Below, in pieces: positions 56,401 through 64,000 of a DNA stretch of 64,000 nucleotides (positions within the stretch are counted from its first letter, which is position 1; every line of letters starts with the position of its first letter). The notes below the pieces were generated by a model. The model had not been told where the DNA came from. It saw nothing but the letters and a program-made list of their open reading frames with translations, and did no database searches. Location of the stretch: NCBI GenBank assembly GCA_963849325.1, contig CAWKHF010000001.1, positions 448,001 to 512,000 of the forward strand, read 5' to 3'. Source of the DNA: an uncultured Planctomycetota bacterium. GTDB lineage: Bacteria > Planctomycetota > Planctomycetia > Gemmatales > Gemmataceae. The position numbers and the translations under genes are program-made.

Positions 56401-57103
56401 GTTGGTCTCGATGTCGCCGCTGGAGTCGAGGTTGAGCGTGGTGGCGAAAATCTGGTAATTGCCGCTATTGGTGTCGCCGCTGGTCAAGTTGGTGGCGTTG
56501 CTCTGGTAGGCGACGACCAATTGGCCGTTGCTGTTCTCGGCTGATGCTGGGCGTTTGCACGGGCGCATTGGCGGGCTTGCCGTCCGTGCCGAGGCTGACC
56601 AGGTAGGTCTGGCCCAGTTGCATGTCGCGCACGAACACTTCCTCGCCGCCGCTGCCATTGCTCGTCAGGTCGGTGGCATCGCTGACGAAGGCGACATAGC
56701 GGCCATTGGACGTGACGACCGGGTCGTCGGCGAAGGCGCCGCCGCCGACGTCGCCCGTGCCGGTGCTGTTGATGCTGACCAGGCTGGTCGTGCCGAAGGC
56801 CAGGTCGCGCCGATAGACGTCGCTTCCGCCGTTGATGGTGACGCCGTTGACCAGGTTGGTGGCGCTGCTGGTGAAGACTTCGTACTGGCCGTTGACGTTG
56901 ATCGAACCCGGTGCGGTGGACGAAGGCGCATTGCCCATCGTCGTTCCCGTCGGATCGACGCTGACCGGCAGCGTGGCGGAAGGCAGCGTCCGGTCCTCCA
57001 GGCTTTCCAGACGAGGACGGAAGTCCGCCCGCGATGCCCGCCGTTGGCGGCGGGAGACTTGGGACGGACACGGGAAGAGGGAAGCGATCCAGCGGGGCAT
57101 CAT
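53407..57103 (-). CDS. Secreted TolB-like beta-propeller protein with PT linker (frameshift ~56540)
   Basis: [13 protein letters not shown] and repeated P.IS.DG..VAF.S.ATNL; C-terminal domain shared with 47297-49660. Confidence 0.85.
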
Positions 57104-57420
57104 GGCACGGACCTCCTACGACGCTGTAGTGACAACGAGTCGGCACTCGCCGACTTCCGGGAGCCGCTCACTGTAAGAAGTACGGACGGGCAAGTATGAT
57201 CCTTACGACAAAAAGGACAGAATGCCATTTTATTTTGTCACATTAGAGATTTCTAATGTGTATCGAAGCGCGCCGTTCCGTTCTGGTGATGGTTCGGTTT
57301 CTCTGAGCCGCGAGCGTCAGCGAGGGGGAAGCGTCCCGCGAGCGAATCCGCTCGCGGGACGACTTGCGAGGACCGACTTCACGAAGACCGTCGTTCGCCG
57401 AGCGAACAAGCGAGCACCTT

Positions 57421-57497
57421 TCCGAGCCTGAAGCGTAAGCGAAGAGGAACGGCAACCTTCGGTTGCCGTTCCTCTTCGCTTACGCTTCAGGCTCGGA
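57421..57497. repeat. REP-like palindrome (CCGAGCCTGAAGCGTAAGCGAAGAG...CTCTTCGCTTACGCTTCAGGCTCGG)
   Basis: Long perfect inverted repeat; second copy at ~61503-61556. Confidence 0.78.
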
Positions 57498-57519
57498 AAG
57501 ATTGTCGCTGGATCATGCA

Positions 57520-60500
57520 CTAAGGATGTCCAGGATGCCGCGTCGGCGTCGGCGTCGGGTTAGGCGTCGGGGTCGGTGTTGGTGTTGGAGTGGGTGTCGG
57601 CGTTGGGGTGGGAGTAGGTGTGGGCGTCGGCGTCGGCGTCGGCGTTGGAGTGGGCGTAGGCGTTGGAGTGGGCGTAGGCGTCGGGGTCGGTGTGGGCGTC
57701 GGCGTCGGGGTCGGCGTGGGCGTCGGGGAGCCGGGACGTTTAGGGTGCGGTGTCGGCGTCGGCGTCGGCGTCGGTGTTGGAGTGGGCGTAGGCGTTGGGG
57801 TCGGCGTTGGGGTCGGCGTCGGTGTAGGCGTCGGCGTCGGAGTAGGGTGGGGTAGGAGTCGGTGTCGGTGTCGGAGTAGGGCTGGGTGGGTGTCGGTGTC
57901 GGCTGGAGTGGAGTAGGCGTCGGTGTCGGAGTGGGCGTCGGTGTCGGAGTCGGGCGGAGTTGGAGTCGGCGTCGGGGTCGGCGTGGGGGTCGGACGTGGG
58001 CGTGGGCGTCGGCGTCGGAGTAGGTGTGGGCGTCGGCGTCGGAGTAGGTGTCGGTGTCGGAGTTGGAGTCGGCGTCGGCGTCGGAGTAGGTGTCGGTGTC
58101 GGAGTTGGAGTTGGAGTCGGTGTCGGCGTCGGCGTCGGCGTCGGTGTCGGTGTCGGCGTTGGAGTAGGCGTCGGGGTCGGAGTGGGCGTCGGGGTCGGCG
58201 TCGGGGTGGGTGTCGGAGTAGGTGTGGGCGTCGGAGTCGGTGTGGGCGTGGGCGTAGGCGTTGGAGTGGGAGTCGGTGTCGGCGTGGGCGTGGGATTGAA
58301 CTCGGTGGCGCCGATGTCGAGGAGGTTGCCTTTGCCGCCGTTGATCAGACGCGCGAAGCCCAGGCCACGCTGATCGGAGCCATACCAGAAGGACACCGTC
58401 GGCAACACCGCGTTATCGCCGGCATCGATGGCCGGACTGCCCGCCAGCAACAGGATCGTCGGCGTCGAGCCGCCATGGTTGCCCAGCGTGCCGATGCCTG
58501 GGGCCACGTTGAGGAGGTCGCCGTGGGCGGCGCTGAAGCCGGAACTGCCGCTGCTGTTGCCGATCAGGTTGTGTTCGCTGTTCGTGGCCGAGCCGAAGTA
58601 ATCGGGGGCCGAGGCGGCGTTGTTGAGCGCCACCAGGGTGTTGGTCAGGCTGAGGTTGGAGCCAGCGTTGTTGGAGATGCCACCGCCGCTGCTGAGGGCC
58701 GTCACGCCGGTGGAGCCGGACGCGCCGGGCGTGTTGCCGGCGCCGCCCGCACCGCCGAGTCCGGCGAGACCTTGCACCGCGGCGTTGTCGGCCACCGTGA
58801 CGTTGGTGAGCGTAACGAGGCCGCCTTGGTTGGCTGGGGCCTGCACGGCGATAGCGCCGCCGAGGGCAGGTCCGCTGGCGCCGCCGTTGCCGCCGTTGCC
58901 GCCCTGGCCATTGGAGGCGGCGCCGCCGATGCCGCCCCGGCCGCCGTTGCCGGCGGTGACGCTGTTGTTGGCCATCGTCGCATTGGTCACCTGCGTGGTG
59001 CCGCCGCCGATCAGGTAGGTGCCGGCGCCCGCGGCGAAACCGCCGTTGCCGCCGTTGCCGCCCAAACCACCGCTGCGACCGCCGCCGCCATTGCCGCCGG
59101 CGCCGCCGGCGCCGCCGGTGACGAAGTTGCCCGACAGAGTGGAATGGAAGAGAGAGCTATTGCCCGGGCCGCTGCTAGAGATGCCGGGAACGTTGTTGTT
59201 GCTGTCGTAGACACCGCCGCCGAAGGCCCCGCCGCCGCTGCCGCCGACACCGCCGCCGCTGCCGGTACCGTTGGCGATCGTGGCACCGCTGCCGCCGTTG
59301 CCGCCGGCGCCGCCCGTGCCGCTGTTGCCGGACACCGCGGCGAAGCCCAGACCCAGCTGTCCACGGCTCGCGCTCGCCGCCGCGTAGTTCACGCCGGCCC
59401 CGAAGATGCTGCCGCCGGCGCCGCCGGCGCCGCCCATGACAGCGGTCGCGTTGCTGGCGCCGCCGTTGCCGCCGGCGCCGCCGAAAAGGAGGTTGCCCGC
59501 GATGGTAACGGGAAGGATGACACCAGCGGGAGTCCAACCGTCGCCGAGCACGATGGTGCCGCCGCCGCTGAAGGCATTGATGCCGCCGCCTTGGGCCGAG
59601 CCGCCCGCGCCGCCGCCGCCGCCACCGCCCGCGCCGCCGACACCGCCGATGCCGCCGACGCCGCCGCTGGCCGTATTCGTTTGCACGATCGGGCCATTCA
59701 TCAACTCCACATTGAGGGTAAGCCCGGTCCCGGCCAGGGCGTGGATGCCGCCGCCATAGGCATTGCCGCCATTGCCGCCGTTGCCGCCGGCGCCGCTCTG
59801 GGCGTTGCCTCCCGCGCCGCCGGCCCCGCCGAGGACGGTGTTGCCCGATACGAGGGTGGCGCTGCCCGTGAGGTCCACGCGGCCACCGCCGAAAGCGAAC
59901 AGGCCGCCGCCCTGGGCCGTGCCGCCGGTGCCACCGCCCCCGCCTGGCTTATTGCGGGCCGCCGCCGCCACGCCCTGGCCTCCCTGGCCGGCCTGCGCCT
60001 TGTTGCCTGTCAGCGTCATGCTGTTCAGATTCAGCGCAATGGCCGCGCCGCTGACGAAGACCCCGCCTCCCTGAGCCGCGCCGCCGCCGCTGCTGGAAAA
60101 GTTGTTGTTGCCGTTGTAGCCATTGCCGCCGATCGCCTGGTTGCCGCTGATCGAGCTGGAGTTGAGGGACACGGGTCTGTCGGCCTGGAGGATGGCGATC
60201 CCGCCGCCCTCGGCGATGCCGGCCGGCGCCACGCCCACGACGCCGTTGCCGGCGAGGGCCGCGTTGCCGCTGAGGACCGTGCCGTTGGTCACCGTCAAGT
60301 TCCCGGTCGAGACGAACACGCCGCCGCCATAGGCGCTGTTATTGTTGCCGTCGGCCTTGTTGTTCTGGATTTTGGCGTCGCTAAGGGTGACGTTGCCGCC
60401 GCCCACGGCCAGGAGGCCGCCGCCCTCCGCTGCCGCGTTCGTTCCGGCGTAGGCCTCGTTGCCGCTGACGAGCGTGCCGTTGTTCACCACCAACGAACTG

Positions 60501-61252
60501 CCCGAAACGAAGACGCCGCCGCCATAGGCGCTGGCGCTGTTGCCGTTGGCCTGATTGTTCTGGATGACGGCGTCACTGAGGGTAACGCTGCCGCCGGCGG
60601 CCGCGATGGCGCCGCCCTCCGCCACCGCGCCTCCGCCGCCGTTGGCCTGGTTGCCGCGGAAGATCGTGCCGTTGGTCACGGTCAACTGACCCCACGAGAC
60701 GAACACGCCGCCGCCGATGGCGTTGCCGGCGCTGCCGACCGCCTGGTTGTTCTGGATAATGGCGTTGCTGAGCGTGACGCTGCCGCCGGCGGCGTAGATG
60801 GCCCCGCCCTCCGCCACCTTGTTCGAGCCGGCACCGTTGTCGTGGGCCGCGCCGTTCTGGATGGTCAACGACTGGAACGTCACGTTGGTGTAGAGGCCGA
60901 GGTTGAAGTCGCGGTTGTTGGCGGCGGCGGCATCGATCACCACGTCGCCGGCCTTGCCGGTGGCGCCCTGGATGGTCAGGGCGTGGCCGGTCGTCACCAT
61001 CAATTGGTTGGACAGACTATAGGTTCCCGCCGACAGCACGATGGTATTGGCCGCGTCCGAAGTGGGCAAGTTGACGGCGTTAAGGGCTTGCTGCAGTTGA
61101 GGGAGGTTGCCGACATCGAAGATGGCCGGGGCCAGACGCTCCTCCAGCGCTTCCAAACGCAGTCGTTGCGTCCGTCGCGTTTTCGTCGGCCGCTTGGGTT
61201 CGAGGTCCCCGTTCCGTCCGAAGAGTTGGCGAATCCAGCGATGACAAAACAT
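57520..61252 (-). CDS. Secreted Gly-rich beta-helix protein with choice-of-anchor Q-like domain and PT tail
   Basis: [16 protein letters not shown] repeats continue through apparent indels to PTRHPGHP* at 57520. Confidence 0.82.
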
Positions 61253-61570
61253 GGGCGTCCTCCTCGTTGAGGATAAAGGGCGAAATCCGATTGATGCACA
61301 GGGAACCTTCCCCCGAGGCGAAACCGTCGAGGGGTCCGACTTGGCAGTCTCCCTACCTGGACGATCGATCCTGAGGATGGTATCGAGTGTATCGGCCGCT
61401 CGCCGAGCCGTCTAGCCGCAACTCGACATTTTTACCTCTGAACTGGGGAAATGCTCAAGGTGATCCGTGGCACCGATTGCGGATGCTTCATTGCGCCGCC
61501 ATTCCGAGCCTGAAGCGTAAGCGAAGAGCACTCTTCGCTTACGCTTCAGGCTCGGAAAGATTATCGCTGG

Positions 61571-62444
61571 CTAGAACTCGGTGGCGCCGATGTCGATGAT
61601 GTTGCCCTTGCCGCCATTGATCACGCGCGGGAAGCCTGGGCCGCGCTGATCGTAGAGACCCGTCAGCAACGTCGCCGCGTTGTCGCCGGCGTCGATGGCC
61701 GGACTGCCGGTCATCAACAGGATCGTCTGCGTCACACCACCGTGGTTGCCCAGCGTGCCGATGAGCGCGGCCACGTTGAGGAGGTCGCCGTGCGCCGCGC
61801 TGAAGCCGGAGCTGCCGCTGCTGTTGCCGATCAGGTTGTGGTCGCTGCTGTTGACCGAACCGAAGTAATCGGGGGCCGAGGCGGCCTTGTTGGACGCCAC
61901 CAGGGTGTTGGTCAGGAGGAGGTTGGAACTGGGGTAATTGAAGATACCGCCGCCTTGGCCGGCGCCGACACTGCCGGCGACGCCGGCCTTGCCGCCGGTG
62001 CCCGCGGCGCCGCCGGTGCCTTGCGCCACGGCGTTGTAGGCTACCGTGACGTTGGTGAGACGAATGCGGCCGCCGGAAAAGGCCAGCACATAGAGTCCGC
62101 CGCCCTGGACGGAGGCGCTGTTGCCGCCGTTGCCGCCTCGGCTGCCGCTGCCACCGTTGCCGCCGCCGCCGGCGGTGGCGGTGTTGCAGCATCAATTGGC
62201 TGGTCAGGTTGTACTGGCCCGCCGCCAGGACGATGGTGTTGGTCGCGTCTGAGGTAGGCAAGTTGACGGCGTTGATGGCATTGTGCAGTTGGGTGAGGTT
62301 GCCGACATCGAGGATGGCCGGAGCCAGCCGTTCCTCCAGCGACTCCAGACGCAGCCGTTGCGTCCGTCGCGTTTTCGTCGGCCGCTTGTGTCCGAGGCTC
62401 CAGTTCAGTCCGAAGAGCTTGCGAATCCAGCGATGGCGAAACAT
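61571..62444 (-). pseudogene. Internally deleted paralog of the 57520-61252 protein
   Basis: The same N-terminus ([18 protein letters not shown]) jumps out of frame at ~62190 to the C-terminal DIGATEF domain. Confidence 0.65.
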
Positions 62445-62563
62445 GGGCGTCCTCCTCATTGAGGAAAGGGGAGCACCCAGGCATCCTAGGCGCGCACGGA
62501 GGAACTTCCCCCGGCGCGAGGACAGCCTCCCTCGCGTTGAGGGAAGTCCATCCACGCGGACCT

Positions 62564-62712
62564 TGTCTCTTCTGTCTCCACTACCGAATACGGAGGCTGT
62601 GACAGTAGCCCCCGGTGGGTCTCGTCCCTCGACCCACCCTACCCCGTCTCTTCTGTCTCCACTACCCACTACGGAGGCTGTGACAGTAGGGTGGATCGAG
62701 GGACGAGACCCA
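62564..62712. repeat. Local direct duplication (~43 bp) upstream of the secreted-protein cluster
   Basis: GTCTCTTCTGTCTCCACTACC...TACGGAGGCTGTGACAGTAG occurs at ~62565 and ~62646; GGGTCTCGTCCCTCGA and TCGAGGGACGAGACCC form an inverted pair. Confidence 0.65.
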
Positions 62713-62849
62713 CCACACCCCTACCCCCCTCCGCACACGTACCCCAAGGCACGGCGCCGCTAGACATATCCCTTGCGTCGGCCGCGTCCGACGCGGATAC
62801 TGGTCGCGGATCGTCGCTGGACAACTTCTTTTCCCGAATGGGTGCCGCG

Positions 62850-63635
62850 ATGCCGGACGTGGCGTACGATCGGTTGGACGTGGTGGCGGTGGGACCGCAC
62901 CCGGACGATTTGGAGATCACCTGTGGCGGCACGCTGGCCAAGCTGGTGCGGCAGGGCTACCGCGTCGGCATGGTGGACCTGACCAGCGGCGAGCCGACGC
63001 CGCGCGGCTCGGAAGAGGTCCGGGCCGGCGAGGCGGAAGCGGCCCGCCAAGTGCTCGGCGTCCCCGTTCGCCTGAACGCCGGACTGCCCAACCGCGAGTT
63101 GATGGACGTGCCGGCCAACCGCTACGTGTTAGCGACGCTGTTTCGCCGTCTGCGGCCGGCCGTGGTGATCGGCGTGGCCGGCCGCACGCCCGCCGCCTCG
63201 CCGGACCACCATCAGGCCCATCTGCTCATCGAGGCCGCCCGCTTCTGGTCGCAGCTGACCAAGTGGGACGAGCGCTTCGGCGGCACGGCTCCCCATCGCG
63301 TGCCGCACCTGGTCTACGCTCCCTTCCCCTTCGACGCCGAGGTCCGCCACTGGCACAGCACCTTTGTCATCGACATTAGCGATACCTTTGAGCAGAAATT
63401 GGCGGCGGTGCGCTGCTACGCCTCGCAGTTCGACGAGGCGCGTTTCGCCAAGGTCAGCCATTTCGTGACCGGCCATGCCATCGCCGCCGGCAGCCGCGCC
63501 GGCTTCGCCTACGGCGAGCTGTTCGCCCTGCCGCACCCCGTCGGCGCCAGCGACCTGCACGCCCTGGTCCACGGCGGCAAGGGCGTGCCGGCCCCCGTGC
63601 CCCTGCCGCGCGATCCGGCCCAGCCCGAACAGTGA
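62850..63635 (+). CDS. PIG-L family deacetylase (BshB1-like)
   Basis: VVAVGPHPDDLE, DLTSGE, SPDHH and CYASQF. Confidence 0.88.
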   Translation: MPDVAYDRLDVVAVGPHPDDLEITCGGTLAKLVRQGYRVGMVDLTSGEPTPRGSEEVRAGEAEAARQVLGVPVRLNAGLPNRELMDVPANRYVLATLFRRLRPAVVIGVAGRTPAASPDHHQAHLLIEAARFWSQLTKWDERFGGTAPHRVPHLVYAPFPFDAEVRHWHSTFVIDISDTFEQKLAAVRCYASQFDEARFAKVSHFVTGHAIAAGSRAGFAYGELFALPHPVGASDLHALVHGGKGVPAPVPLPRDPAQPEQ

Positions 63636-63665
63636 GAGCAGACAGCCCAAGCCAAGGAGACGAGG

Positions 63666-64000
63666 ATGATTCGTATACGCAACGCTTTCCCGGCCGCCTG
63701 GACGTTCGCCGCGAGTCTGCCGTTCCTCGTCCTGATGCTGGCCGACGCGGAGCAACCGCGAGAGAAGCCGGCCCGCAAACTGGTCCTCGTCATCCACGGC
63801 GGCGAGGGCGACCTGCCCGAGAAGGTCTCGCCGGAGTTGGAGAAGCAACACCAGGAAGTCCTGGAGGAAGCACTGCGGCAGGGATACCAGCGCCTCAAAC
63901 AAAACAAGAAGGGCGCCAGTCTCGACGCCGTGGAGGCCGCCATCCGCGTGATGGAGGATTCGCCGCTGTTCAACGCCGGCAAGGGCGCGGTGTTCACGCA
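63666..64000 (+). CDS. iaaA: Isoaspartyl peptidase/L-asparaginase (5' part, truncated by the window)
   Basis: LVIHGGEG...SLDAVEAAIRVMEDSPLFNAGKGAVFT. Confidence 0.88.
   Translation, partial: MIRIRNAFPAAWTFAASLPFLVLMLADAEQPREKPARKLVLVIHGGEGDLPEKVSPELEKQHQEVLEEALRQGYQRLKQNKKGASLDAVEAAIRVMEDSPLFNAGKGAVFT

Noticed and set aside
57421-57497. Long inverted repeats as MITE or IS ends
   Set aside because: No transposase or target duplication was seen; they fit intergenic REP-type palindromes.

Overview
High-GC bacterial window, most likely a planctomycete (Gemmataceae-like), judging by the 'RxRLxLExLEER' N-terminal motif on the secreted proteins and the REP-type palindromes. Many single-base frameshifts occur in unrelated genes, so the sequence probably carries indel errors and some gene boundaries are approximate. 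(1) 1-24.4 kb is a defence island abutting the 3' end of ychF. It has a large CRISPR array (about 110 repeats of type I-G/I-U style, transcribed on the minus strand, leader on the right) and a chimeric cas set: a type I-B effector module (cas8b-cas7-cas5-cas3), a stand-alone Cas6 half of I-G Csb2, and a cas4-cas1 fusion plus cas2. A NurA-like nuclease and HerA ATPase sit directly upstream of cas4-cas1, followed by a sigma-factor / small protein / ImmA-IrrE metallopeptidase cassette. Two single-spacer mini-arrays point away from the two cas operons; one leads into a VapBC pair, and both spacers show partial similarity to the sigma gene. This is the best candidate for an undescribed system. (2) 26.25-38.8 kb is a ~12.5 kb capsid-less element integrated in the 3' end of a GNAT gene (23-bp att duplication). 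It has three tyrosine recombinases, Xis, an RHH repressor switch, a Rad52/Sak annealase, two SWIM proteins, a ParB-like and a tape-measure-like protein, and a tRNA-like RNA with an extended anticodon arm. (3) 38.9-64 kb holds a second VapBC, a MotA/FHA/vWA operon, a two-component system, an ECF sigma factor, five paralogous secreted proteins (four with Pro-Thr linkers), a PIG-L deacetylase and the start of an isoaspartyl peptidase.
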